Of a stretch of 27,246 bases of DNA, positions 15,590-24,175 are shown in pieces. Every line of letters begins with the position of its first letter. The first letter of the stretch is position 1. The translations under genes and the position numbers were made by a program. The stretch comes from Escherichia coli. GTDB lineage: Bacteria > Pseudomonadota > Gammaproteobacteria > Enterobacterales > Enterobacteriaceae. The notes beneath the pieces were generated by a model. It ran no database searches. It was given only the letters and a program-made list of their open reading frames with translations, and was not told where the DNA came from. The stretch lies in assembly GCF_003334255.1 (NCBI RefSeq), contig NZ_QOWU01000062.1, one strand, 5' to 3'.

Positions 15590-16468
15590 TCACTGACGAA
15601 TTCCTCCGTTTTCCAGCAACCCGTCAAACGCCGGTTTCCACTCAGGAAAGAGTTCACAGGTCAAGCTGTGCATCGTGACAAGCGCAGAATCACTGCGACG
15701 TGTGGATTCTTTTTCGAGACGATGAACGGGCTGACCAGCCGCATGTCCCTGCTTGTAAATATTCAGGTCGTAAATCTGTGTGGAAAGAAGGGAAACGGCA
15801 CCTTCAGGTAACTGTCTGCTGTAACGACCGGTCTGAATAATTCCGGCCAGCTCATCCAGCGTCTTCCTGGCCAGCGCGGTATAGTCCATGCAGTTAACCA
15901 GCGTGCGTACTTTAGGCAGGGGTATCCCAAGTTCACGGTAGGGCAGCAGGTTCTCCATGACGTTGACAGTACCGCGAATAAATTCACGAACATCGGGAAG
16001 AACCGGATTGACCATCCCGACAACCGACTCAGTCGCCGACAGCACTATCATCTCCAGCATGACGGAGCGCGCCCCCTGAGAATCAACGACAATGACATCG
16101 TAGTTATTCAGGAAAAGTGGATGTTGCAGAACATTCCGGAGGCGAAGACGCCCGTCCGGGGCATGAAGCATCGCTGTTTTTAACTGTTCATGAGGATCAT
16201 TGGAGACAATCAGATCAAGGCCATCGATAGCCGTGCGGGAAATGATATTATCGGGATGGCTGAGGTCAGCCGTACGCATAAGAAGCTCAAAAAGACCGGC
16301 TGGAGCTTCATATGTCAGCGGAAAGATATTACTGGCTGTGGGTTGAGCATGATCTCCGTCAATCAGCAGGGTACGTATACCTGCATCGGCCAGAAAACCA
16401 GCAAGATTTGCGGATTGTGTTGATTTACCTTCACCACCTTTTGTTGAAACAACGGGAAGTATTTTCAT
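15590..16468 (-). CDS. parA: ParA/Soj-family partition ATPase
   Basis: Deviant Walker A KGGEGKST near the N-terminus (MKILPVVSTKGGEGKSTQSANLAGFLAD); GGGGG RBS; terminal position next to the att repeat, as for soj in this ICE family. Confidence 0.9.
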   Translation of the reverse strand: MKILPVVSTKGGEGKSTQSANLAGFLADAGIRTLLIDGDHAQPTASNIFPLTYEAPAGLFELLMRTADLSHPDNIISRTAIDGLDLIVSNDPHEQLKTAMLHAPDGRLRLRNVLQHPLFLNNYDVIVVDSQGARSVMLEMIVLSATESVVGMVNPVLPDVREFIRGTVNVMENLLPYRELGIPLPKVRTLVNCMDYTALARKTLDELAGIIQTGRYSRQLPEGAVSLLSTQIYDLNIYKQGHAAGQPVHRLEKESTRRSDSALVTMHSLTCELFPEWKPAFDGLLENGGIRQ

Positions 16469-16530
16469 ATCTGCGCCCCCATCGACTGTTTTTTTGCGAT
16501 CGGATGCACATGAAAGACTTCAACGACAAC

Positions 16531-16560
16531 TTGACATACCCGTAACTATATGAATTTTAT
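16531..16560 (+). promoter_or_regulatory. Candidate outward-facing promoter at the element terminus (perfect -35 TTGACA, 18-bp spacer, TTTTAT)
   Basis: ttgaca at 16531-16536 and ttttat at 16555-16560, read from the sequence, pointing toward the att repeat. The same region may also hold the divergent parA promoter. Confidence 0.3.
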
Positions 16561-16566
16561 GACAAT

Positions 16567-16614
16567 GGGATTGAAAATCCCCGTGTCCTTGGTTCGATTC
16601 CGAGTCCGGCACCA
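16567..16614 (+). other. Attachment-site direct repeat: ~48-nt 3' fragment of tRNA-Phe (anticodon arm to CCA), not an intact tRNA gene
   Basis: gggattgaaaatccccgtgtccttggttcgattccgagtccggcacca matches the 3' two-thirds of E. coli tRNA-Phe as recalled (GAA anticodon loop, T-arm GGTTCGATTCC, CCA end). The upstream sequence does not match the 5' part of the tRNA. The acceptor-strand G-run reads one base shorter than remembered. Confidence 0.7.
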
Positions 16615-16628
16615 CTAATTCTTAAGAA

Positions 16629-16656
16629 CCCGCCCACAAGGCGGGTTTTTGCTTTT
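16629..16656 (+). terminator. Rho-independent terminator (native terminator downstream of the tRNA-Phe site)
   Basis: Stem cccgcc / ggcggg with loop cacaa (16629-16645), followed by tttttgctttt. Confidence 0.75.
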
Positions 16657-16706
16657 GGATCTGACAATAACCTTCACGAAAAAAATTAGCTTATAAAGTC
16701 TGGGGG

Positions 16707-16737
16707 AATTACTCTCGCCACGTTAACGAGAGTAATT
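16707..16737. promoter_or_regulatory. 11-bp perfect inverted repeat (aattactctcg / cgagagtaatt) between the att region and the gspM stop; possible terminator or binding site
   Basis: Read from the sequence. On the plus strand it is followed by a modest T-rich tract; on the minus strand (gsp direction) it is followed by a C-rich tract, so it is not a canonical intrinsic terminator for the gsp operon. Confidence 0.35.
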
Positions 16738-16762
16738 TTATTGATATTAATCTCCTGATACT

Positions 16763-17299
16763 TTACCCCCGTCCAAACTCCAGCCGCTGCACATTCACCA
16801 TCCCAGGCTTCTCAGCAGCACTGACATCAATTTGTGTCACCCGCAGCGCATATTTTTCATCCAGTGCGTTTAACCATTTCAGCAGGTCATTAAACACCAC
16901 AGGTTCTATCCAGACCTGAATATTCTCCCCACGATCGGCTATCCGCCTGATGACCACCGAGTGCGCGGAAGCACTGTCACTGATGACCCGCGATACCTGC
17001 GCAGGCGTTGTTGTGGCAGATTTTCGCGCTGCAATAATATCCGGCGCGGCGTTCTTCAGTCGGGTGTTCATCGCCACCAGCTGCTGCAATATTGTCTCCT
17101 GTTGCTCAATCCGTTCGCTCAACGGCTGCCAGATGAGGACGTAATATCCGACGCTAAACAGGAACACCACCGCTGCCAGTAACATGCCCTTTTCACGCGG
17201 AGAACGCCCCGCCAGGTGTTGTGCCAGCCAGTGTTCGCCACGGCTTAACTGGCGTTCACGCCATTGCTGAAAATAGTGAATAAATTTATCGCGTAACAT
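16763..17299 (-). CDS. gspM: Type II secretion system protein M
   Basis: Last gene of the collinear gsp cluster; single N-terminal transmembrane segment (LLAAVVFLFSVGYYVLIW); GGAGGA RBS; matches the yghD position next to pheV in E. coli as recalled. Confidence 0.8.
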   Translation of the reverse strand: MLRDKFIHYFQQWRERQLSRGEHWLAQHLAGRSPREKGMLLAAVVFLFSVGYYVLIWQPLSERIEQQETILQQLVAMNTRLKNAAPDIIAARKSATTTPAQVSRVISDSASAHSVVIRRIADRGENIQVWIEPVVFNDLLKWLNALDEKYALRVTQIDVSAAEKPGMVNVQRLEFGRG

Positions 17300-17300
17300 G

Positions 17301-18479
17301 TTATTTCCTCCGCAACGTTACGCCGCCGGAAACCGCATCACCCTCTTTCTGTAACGCGTCCTGTTGCACAACATAATCGGTTGCCAGTGCACTACGCAGT
17401 TTGTCGAAACTGGCAAAGTTCGCGGCCCGTAGCTGGAGGTGAAGTATCTGGCGTTTTTGATCAAAGGTAAAACCACGCATTTCGATGTCGGAAAGTGACG
17501 CTGATTTCAGGGTGCTGGCTATCGCTGACAACTCGGCGAGCAGCCGGGTATCGTCGGCCTGTGGGCGATATTTTTTCAGCGCCATCGTCACCTGAGAGCG
17601 TAAATTCACAATCCGCTTCTGCTCCGGGAACAACGTTAAGAACTGTTCCTCCGCCTGGGTGCGGCTTTGCGCCACCTGTTCGCTGACGCTCCATAACGTC
17701 ACGCCCCGCTCCACTGCCAGCGCAACCAGAATCAGCAATATCGGCAGAATCATCACCCGCCAGCGCGCCCACTGTTTTCGGTAGCTGACGCGAGGCTGCC
17801 ACGGCCCTGTCAGCAGGTTCCCTTCCGGTTCGCCATAAGTGGTAATGGCGGGCAGAGCTGTAACGGTCAGGCGTTCAGCGTCTGCGCCAGCCCATGCTGA
17901 TAGCTTTTCCGGTGCAATGCCGACTACGGTTAGCGAAAGCGGTAAATCCTGCTCATTGAGCTGGGCGCGGAACATGACCGGAGCCAGCGCCAGCCCGGCG
18001 CTCCATCCCCGGCATTCATCGATGCGGCAGATAACCCGTTGCGCATCGCAAGCCATAAACCCACAAGGAATGGACATCCAGTCCGGCGCGACGGTAGCGC
18101 GGGTGATGCCGTTTTCCTGCAACCACTGCGCAATGTTGCGCATATGCTGTTGGTGAATCACTGCTACGGTTGCCAGTTGCTGGTCGATATTCAACGGGGC
18201 GAAATGCAGTTCATCGATATCCTGGTTCAGCTCTTCTTCCAGTAAGGCGGGCAGAATAGTCGGTATCTGCTTGCGGGCGACATCAGGCAGTTCAACCTGC
18301 CAGACGCTGATCCATTCGCCGGGAATGTAGAGTCGAATCGCATCGGTTTGCAGCCATTGCTGAAGCTGTTCGTCAGCAACGTCAGGCCAGATACCGTGTT
18401 CCACGTCGGGTGTACGGCGCTGCCAGCGGACGGTATCGGAGGCGCAAAGCGGGAAAAAAATCTCAAGGATGGAACTCAC
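17301..18479 (-). CDS. gspL: Type II secretion system protein L
   Basis: Size (392 aa), position between gspK and gspM, and a central transmembrane segment (WRVMILPILLILVALAV). Confidence 0.8.
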   Translation of the reverse strand: MSSILEIFFPLCASDTVRWQRRTPDVEHGIWPDVADEQLQQWLQTDAIRLYIPGEWISVWQVELPDVARKQIPTILPALLEEELNQDIDELHFAPLNIDQQLATVAVIHQQHMRNIAQWLQENGITRATVAPDWMSIPCGFMACDAQRVICRIDECRGWSAGLALAPVMFRAQLNEQDLPLSLTVVGIAPEKLSAWAGADAERLTVTALPAITTYGEPEGNLLTGPWQPRVSYRKQWARWRVMILPILLILVALAVERGVTLWSVSEQVAQSRTQAEEQFLTLFPEQKRIVNLRSQVTMALKKYRPQADDTRLLAELSAIASTLKSASLSDIEMRGFTFDQKRQILHLQLRAANFASFDKLRSALATDYVVQQDALQKEGDAVSGGVTLRRK

Positions 18480-19453
18480 TCACTTTCTCCTGTCTGATGC
18501 CAGAGAACCGAAAAGTGTTGTGGGCCCATGCGGACAATTAACGAGTTCATCGTCAGTTCAATCTCATTCACGGTGATATCTGAACGCAGCCAGAAGTAAT
18601 TGCTGTCCACGCTCAGGACGGTTTTTAGCTGTTTTTTAGTACGCTCATCGACGTCAGCAAGTAGCGGCTGTGCAAGAAACTGATCGACATCTTCCCAGCC
18701 CTTCGCCGGACGTTGTTGTAATAACGCCCGCGCCTGAACAGGGCTTAACCACGGGTCAAACAGCGCCTCAAGAATCACACTTTGCGTGACGTCTAAGGTA
18801 TTGATGTTGATTTGCTGGCGGGTCATCGGCAGCGCACAGACCAGCGGTTTCAGTTTTTGATAAAGCCCGGCGTCCATTCCCTGCACCACGCGCATCTCGC
18901 TGATATCGGCCAGCGGTTGATTGGCGGCGTAGAACGGCACCGAGCGGGCGAGATACTCGCTGTCTTCACGGCCCAGACGCGTCTGCACGCTGCGGTCCTC
19001 GTCAATAAACTCCCACAGGCTTTCGGCTATCAGTTCGGCCCGATAAGCAGGCACATCGAGGCGCGAGATCAGGGCAATCAACTGTTGTACCGCAAGCGGA
19101 CGCGACGCCGTTGTCGGCTGAGCAAGGGCATTCAGGTTAAAGCAAGCCTGTGCGTCACGCAGGGTGACCGCAATTTGCCCCTGCGGCAGAGGGAAGAAAC
19201 GAGGGCCGGATGCCCACGGCTGTGCCAGATGCACGCGCTTTTCATTTTTCAGGCTCAGACTGAGCGCGCTCAGCGCCAGGCTTTCCGCACTGGCGCTGTA
19301 CCACAGCGCCTGCTGGTACTCCTGCTGGCTGCGCGTTCGCCCAAGTTGTTGCTGCATCCGCCCGGAAAGCGTGATGGTTACCAGCATCATAACCGCCAGC
19401 AATACCAGCACCACGACCAGTGCCATTCCGCGTTTTGGTGGTGAGGTGATCAT
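18476..19453 (-). CDS. gspK: Type II secretion minor pseudopilin K
   Basis: N-terminus MITSPPKRGMALVVVLVLLAVMMLVTITL is typical of GspK; 4-nt overlap with gspL. Confidence 0.85.
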   Translation of the reverse strand: MITSPPKRGMALVVVLVLLAVMMLVTITLSGRMQQQLGRTRSQQEYQQALWYSASAESLALSALSLSLKNEKRVHLAQPWASGPRFFPLPQGQIAVTLRDAQACFNLNALAQPTTASRPLAVQQLIALISRLDVPAYRAELIAESLWEFIDEDRSVQTRLGREDSEYLARSVPFYAANQPLADISEMRVVQGMDAGLYQKLKPLVCALPMTRQQININTLDVTQSVILEALFDPWLSPVQARALLQQRPAKGWEDVDQFLAQPLLADVDERTKKQLKTVLSVDSNYFWLRSDITVNEIELTMNSLIVRMGPQHFSVLWHQTGESE

Positions 19454-19455
19454 GA

Positions 19456-20055
19456 TTATTGCGGCCCGCGTAACAACCAGATGCGTTCAATCTCGCCCCA
19501 TTGCGGCGAATGCAGGGTCATGCGTACCGCCACAGGGATCGCCTGTACTGACGACCAGCTCTCCTGCCAGCGCGTGCCGTCGTAGAACTGCAAACGGAGC
19601 GAATCGGCCGGAATCAACTTTTGCATTGTCGGCTTCACGCTGCCTGCGGCATCGGTCAGCGGCCAGGCTAACCGTTCGAGATAACCGTCATGAATGCGGT
19701 AACCGACGGTGAGCAGATTACTGCGCGGCAGACGCATCAACGGGTTAACCACACCGCCGCGCACAAAACGCATTCCTTCACTCTCAGACGCCAGCACGCC
19801 AGCGCCAGCCAGTAAAGCTGGTTCACGCTGGCCCTGATCGCCTCTTACCGGACGCGGCATCATTTGGGTCAGATCGTGGGTCAGAAAACTCATCGTTTGC
19901 TGCATGAGGTTTAGTTTTTGATCGTGATCGGCGACGGCGCTATTCACGCGCGTGACGCCGTTAGTCACCTGCTGCGCCATCAGTGCCAGCGAGGCAAAAA
20001 TGGCAATTGCCACCAACATTTCCAGTAACGTGAAACCAGCGCGAGTCCTTCTCAC
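19456..20055 (-). CDS. gspJ: Type II secretion minor pseudopilin J
   Basis: Prepilin-type leader and N-methylation motif (MRRTRAGFTLLEMLVAIAIFASL). Confidence 0.85.
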   Translation of the reverse strand: MRRTRAGFTLLEMLVAIAIFASLALMAQQVTNGVTRVNSAVADHDQKLNLMQQTMSFLTHDLTQMMPRPVRGDQGQREPALLAGAGVLASESEGMRFVRGGVVNPLMRLPRSNLLTVGYRIHDGYLERLAWPLTDAAGSVKPTMQKLIPADSLRLQFYDGTRWQESWSSVQAIPVAVRMTLHSPQWGEIERIWLLRGPQ

Positions 20056-20423
20056 TGTTGGCCTCCCACGGCGCTAAACCAGGCGCGTCGTGACTGAATG
20101 ACCGACGAAAAGTCTTCGTGAAGGCTGACTTCAATATCCACCGCCTGGAGCAGCGCGTTGCCTGTACTCAGCGGTGTGGTTCGCCAGTACCAGCGGCTTC
20201 CTGCCATATCGCTCTCGCCCTGCTGCCTGACCGCCCGCTGCCCACGGGTCATCAGGTAGAGCAGCGCAGTCTGGTTTTCAGCCACCCAGCCCGCTACCGT
20301 TTTTTCCTCAAGAACGTGCTGATTACTCAGCGCACCGCTGGCAATCTGTAATACCGCCGTGGCAGCCAGCGCAAAAATCGCCAGCGCGAGCATCACTTCC
20401 AGCAAGGTAAATCCGCGCTTCAT
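20052..20423 (-). CDS. gspI: Type II secretion minor pseudopilin I
   Basis: MKRGFTLLEVMLALAIFALAA prepilin motif; 123 aa. Confidence 0.85.
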   Translation of the reverse strand: MKRGFTLLEVMLALAIFALAATAVLQIASGALSNQHVLEEKTVAGWVAENQTALLYLMTRGQRAVRQQGESDMAGSRWYWRTTPLSTGNALLQAVDIEVSLHEDFSSVIQSRRAWFSAVGGQQ

Positions 20424-20983
20424 GGCATCCTCTCATCACATTGATTGAGGGATAACGCGCCATCGTGCGCCAGTTTTACCGCCCAACATGCGTTTTGCGC
20501 CGCCGAGTAGAAGCGCAGCGTAAACGGCGTGGCGGGTTCAAAAGGCGAAAAACGGATCTGCGGCGTCTTCTTTTTCGCCTCTTTTTGCAGCTCCAGTTCA
20601 ATATCGTGCAGCGTCAGGCGACGACGTTGCAGCTCCAGCGCATACTCCTTCTGCCAGATATCACTTCCGGGTTGTAACAGCATCTGCACCTGTTTTGGCA
20701 CCGTAACCTGTGCCGATAACCGGGTCGCGGAAACGGGCAACCACTGCCCCTGACGACGCTGCATAAACTGATAGCCAGGCGCGTCGATTAGCACACCGAG
20801 TGTCTGCCCTTCAATCACTGCCCTGTCCTTAAACTGCGCAAAGCGAGTCAGAAAATCCTGTGCCGCTTTTTTCGCGGGCGGTTCAGAATCGGTCGCAAAC
20901 GTCTGTACCACGCCCGAACTGGCAAGGCCGATAAGGAAAATCACCAACATGATTTCCAGAAGTGTGAATCCGCGTTCAGGCAC
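20420..20983 (-). CDS. gspH: Type II secretion minor pseudopilin H
   Basis: MPERGFTLLEIMLVIFLIGL prepilin motif; 187 aa. Confidence 0.85.
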   Translation of the reverse strand: MPERGFTLLEIMLVIFLIGLASSGVVQTFATDSEPPAKKAAQDFLTRFAQFKDRAVIEGQTLGVLIDAPGYQFMQRRQGQWLPVSATRLSAQVTVPKQVQMLLQPGSDIWQKEYALELQRRRLTLHDIELELQKEAKKKTPQIRFSPFEPATPFTLRFYSAAQNACWAVKLAHDGALSLNQCDERMP

Positions 20984-20986
20984 TGC

Positions 20987-21442
20987 TTACTGAAACTCCT
21001 GCAAATTCCAGTTACCGATATCTGCGCCAGCGCCTTCCCCGTTTTCCTGACCATCCGCCCCCAGGGTATAAACATCAAACAGCCCTTTTTCACCCGGGCT
21101 GAGATACTGATAATCATTGCCCCACGGATCCTTTGGCAGTCGTTTAATGTATCCACCAGTACGGTAGTTGCGGGCGTCCGCCATATTGGCTGGCTGCTGG
21201 ATCAGCGCCTCAAGCCCCTGTTCGGTAGTTGGATAACGCCCGTTATCCAGTCGGTACATATCCAGTGCGTTTTCCAGCGCCACGATATCGCTGATGGCTT
21301 TTTGCCGATCCGCTTTCTCTTTATTGCCCAACAGGTTAGGCACCACCAGACTTGCCAGGACGCCAAGAATAACAATCACCACCATCACTTCCAGCAGGGT
21401 AAAACCTGCCCGTGGTTTTTGTGTGCGGGATAACGAATTCAT
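20987..21442 (-). CDS. gspG: Type II secretion major pseudopilin G
   Basis: The track ORF starts at an alternative (TTG) codon. The ATG of MNSLSRTQKPRAGFTLLEVMVVIVILGVLASLVVPNL is preceded by GGAG and gives a normal prepilin leader. Confidence 0.85.
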   Translation of the reverse strand: MNSLSRTQKPRAGFTLLEVMVVIVILGVLASLVVPNLLGNKEKADRQKAISDIVALENALDMYRLDNGRYPTTEQGLEALIQQPANMADARNYRTGGYIKRLPKDPWGNDYQYLSPGEKGLFDVYTLGADGQENGEGAGADIGNWNLQEFQ

Positions 21443-21458
21443 GTGATAACTCCGTAAA

Positions 21459-22682
21459 TTACATTCCAACCATATTGTTCAGTTGCAGCATCGGCTCGAG
21501 GATGGCGATGACGATAAACAGCACCACGCCCGCCATCATCACCACCAGCGCCGGCTCAAACAGCCCCAACGCCAGCCCCACCTGGGTATCAAATTCCCGC
21601 TCCTGGTTAACTGCGGCCTGTTCAAGCATGGTTTCCAGTTCGCCGCTCTGTTCGCCGGAGGCGATCATGTACAGCATCATCGGGGGGAACAGGCGCAACT
21701 CCGCCAGCGCAGCGCGCAGACTGCTTCCTTCGCGGACGCGATCTGCCGCCAACAGCAGTTGTTGCTCGACATAGCGATTTGCCGACACGGCGGCAGCGGT
21801 CTGAATGCCTTCCAGTAGCGGAACACTGCTGGCGGTGAGGATGCTTAACGTGCGGGAAAAACGCGCCGTATTCAGTCCGCGCGCAACACGCCCTATCACG
21901 GGCAGGCGCAGCAAGGTTTTATCCCAGCGCAGGCGCATCGCAGGATTTTTAAGTAGCCGTTGCCCCAGCACCAGAAGCCCCAGCAAACCCGCCAGCCAGT
22001 AAACGCCGCTGGCCTGCAACGCATCGCTCATGGCAATAAGCGTGCGGGTGGAGACGGGCAGCGCGTGTCCGAGATGATCAAACTGTTCGATGATTTTCGG
22101 TACTACCGCCGTCAGCAAAATAGTGACCACGCCCGTTGCCACCACCAGCAGAACCAGCGGATAGAGCATGGCCTGCAATAGACGTGATTTCAGGCGCTGT
22201 CGCTGTTCGGTGTAATCTGCCAGGCGATTAAGCACCACGTCGAGATGCCCGGATTTTTCTCCGGCAGCAACCATCGAACAAAACAGAGAATCAAAGACGC
22301 GGGGATGTTCGCGCAGGCTGTCCGACAGGGTGTAACCTTCCTGAATCCGGCTGCGCAGCGCCATTCCGAGGCTTTTTACATGCAGTTTTTCACTTTGCTC
22401 ACTGACCGCCTGTAAGCAGGTTTCCAGCGGCATTGCTGCCTGTACCAGCGTTGCCAGTTGGCGCGTGAACAGCGCAAGATCTGCCGCCGCCACGCGACGA
22501 TGTGCGTGCCGCCGACGCTGCAACATCCCCCCTGACGAAGTATTCATCCGGGCTTCAATATGCACGGGGATAAGCTCTTTACCGCGCAACAACTGGCGGG
22601 CATGACGCGCGGAATCCGCCTCAATCATACCTTTGGTTTTGCGACCATTACGCTCCAGCGCCTGATAGTAAAACAGTGCCAT
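21459..22682 (-). CDS. gspF: Type II secretion inner-membrane platform protein F
   Basis: 407-aa polytopic membrane protein at the expected position, with GspF-like N-terminus [24 protein letters not shown]. Confidence 0.85.
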   Translation of the reverse strand: MALFYYQALERNGRKTKGMIEADSARHARQLLRGKELIPVHIEARMNTSSGGMLQRRRHAHRRVAAADLALFTRQLATLVQAAMPLETCLQAVSEQSEKLHVKSLGMALRSRIQEGYTLSDSLREHPRVFDSLFCSMVAAGEKSGHLDVVLNRLADYTEQRQRLKSRLLQAMLYPLVLLVVATGVVTILLTAVVPKIIEQFDHLGHALPVSTRTLIAMSDALQASGVYWLAGLLGLLVLGQRLLKNPAMRLRWDKTLLRLPVIGRVARGLNTARFSRTLSILTASSVPLLEGIQTAAAVSANRYVEQQLLLAADRVREGSSLRAALAELRLFPPMMLYMIASGEQSGELETMLEQAAVNQEREFDTQVGLALGLFEPALVVMMAGVVLFIVIAILEPMLQLNNMVGM

Positions 22683-24175
22683 TACGCCTCCATGGTTACC
22701 CGCAGAACTTCATCGAGAGAGGTTTCTCCGGCGAGCACTTTCTCAATGCCGTTGCTGCGGATACCCGCAGAGTGTTGTCGGACATAACGTTCCAGCTCCA
22801 GCTCCCCGGCCTGACGGTGGATCAAATCACGCAATGTGGCATCCACCACGATCAGCTCATGGATGGCAGTCCGTCCGCGAAAACCTTTGTGATTACAGGC
22901 GGGACAGCCCTGTGGATGGTACAGAGTGACGGTACGGGCGTCGGTAATTCCCAGCAGGCGTTTTTCTTCGTCAGTGGCTGGTGCGGGCTGGCGGCAGTCG
23001 GGACACAGCGTGCGAACCAGTCGCTGCGCCATCACGCCCGTCAGACTGGAAGAGAGCAGGAAAGGCTCCACGCCCATATCCTGCAAACGTGTGATCGCCC
23101 CCACCGCTGTGTTGGTATGCAGCGTGGAAAGGACCAGGTGTCCGGTAAGTGAAGCCTGGACGGCGATTTCTGCGGTTTCGGTATCGCGGATTTCACCGAC
23201 CATCACCACATCCGGGTCCTGACGCAAAATCGCGCGCAGCCCACGGGCAAAGGTCATGCCGACGCGGGTGTTAACCTGCGTCTGACCGATCCCTTCAATC
23301 ATGTATTCGATGGGATCTTCAACCGTGAGAATGTTGCGCGAATGGTTGTTCAGCTCCTGCAATCCGGCGTACAGCGTGGTGCTTTTGCCGGAACCCGTCG
23401 GCCCCGTCACCAGAAAGATGCCGTGCGGTTTGTGTAACAGCTGGCGCAACTGCGCGGTCAGTTGCTGGCTAAGCCCCAGACGCTCCAGCGTCAGGCGGGC
23501 CTGGTTTTTGTCCAGCAGTCGCAGCACCACGCGCTCGCCCCAGGCGGATGGCATGGTGGAGACACGCACGTCAATCGCCCGACCGCCCAGCAGCAGCGCA
23601 ATACGGCCATCCTGCGGTACGCGCTTTTCGGCAATATCCAGCCGCGCCATCACCTTGATACGCGATACCAGCAGCGAGGCCAGTTTGCGCCCCGGGCGCA
23701 GCATTTCATGTAATGTGCCGTCAACGCGAAAACGGATCACCAGACTCTTTTCAAACGTCTCGATGTGGATATCCGAAGCGCCTTCTTTAATCGCCTCTGC
23801 CAGCATGGCGTTGATCAGTTTGATGATTGGCGCGTCGTCGTCGCTTTCCAGCAGATCTTCCGTTTCCGGCAGTTCTTCCGCGAGAGTAAAAAAGTCCTCA
23901 GCAGAACCGAGATCTTCCATCAGCTGGCGGGCCTCGGAAGAGTCCCGCTGCCAGACCGCATTCAGCCGCTGTTCAAATTCGGCCCCGTCGATTTGCCGCA
24001 GCGTAAAGGGCGCGTTCAGCCCCCGCTGCAGCTCCTGCAAAACAGAGAGCGACAACGGATGAACGTGGAGGATCTCCAGCGACGCTTCGCACCATGCCAC
24101 CAGGCTAAACCGACGGCTGAAACTGTAGGGCAGACGCACGGTGTTGACGGTGGTTTCCTGTGCTACAGGCACCAT
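22682..24175 (-). CDS. gspE: Type II secretion ATPase E
   Basis: Walker [10 protein letters not shown], Asp/His boxes and the tetracysteine motif CPDC...CPAC in the C-terminal domain. Confidence 0.9.
   Translation of the reverse strand: MVPVAQETTVNTVRLPYSFSRRFSLVAWCEASLEILHVHPLSLSVLQELQRGLNAPFTLRQIDGAEFEQRLNAVWQRDSSEARQLMEDLGSAEDFFTLAEELPETEDLLESDDDAPIIKLINAMLAEAIKEGASDIHIETFEKSLVIRFRVDGTLHEMLRPGRKLASLLVSRIKVMARLDIAEKRVPQDGRIALLLGGRAIDVRVSTMPSAWGERVVLRLLDKNQARLTLERLGLSQQLTAQLRQLLHKPHGIFLVTGPTGSGKSTTLYAGLQELNNHSRNILTVEDPIEYMIEGIGQTQVNTRVGMTFARGLRAILRQDPDVVMVGEIRDTETAEIAVQASLTGHLVLSTLHTNTAVGAITRLQDMGVEPFLLSSSLTGVMAQRLVRTLCPDCRQPAPATDEEKRLLGITDARTVTLYHPQGCPACNHKGFRGRTAIHELIVVDATLRDLIHRQAGELELERYVRQHSAGIRSNGIEKVLAGETSLDEVLRVTMEA

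Larger units (their letters stand above)
1..16614. mobile_element. Right-hand portion of an integrated element resembling PAPI-1 / ICEclc / SPI-7-family ICEs, inserted at tRNA-Phe; it continues past the window start
   Basis: Syntenic backbone on one strand (parA, dnaB-like, large parB-like, DUF2786, conserved hypotheticals, topB, ssb), extensive translational coupling, and termination at a tRNA-Phe 3' fragment adjacent to chromosomal gsp genes. Family assignment rests on remembered gene order, not on a search. Confidence 0.6.

Noticed and set aside
16530..16614. Intact tRNA-Phe gene
   Set aside because: Only the 3' ~48 nt match tRNA-Phe; the sequence upstream does not encode the acceptor 5' strand, D-arm or the 5' side of the anticodon stem, so this is an att-site fragment.
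18812..19444. Plus-strand ORFs inside the gsp operon (e.g. 18812..19444, 19164..19712, 23301..24062, 24323..25006) and inside backbone genes (e.g. 7487..8047, 13105..13494)
   Set aside because: Antisense shadow ORFs within well-supported minus-strand genes; arginine/serine/proline-rich low-complexity translations and no RBS context.
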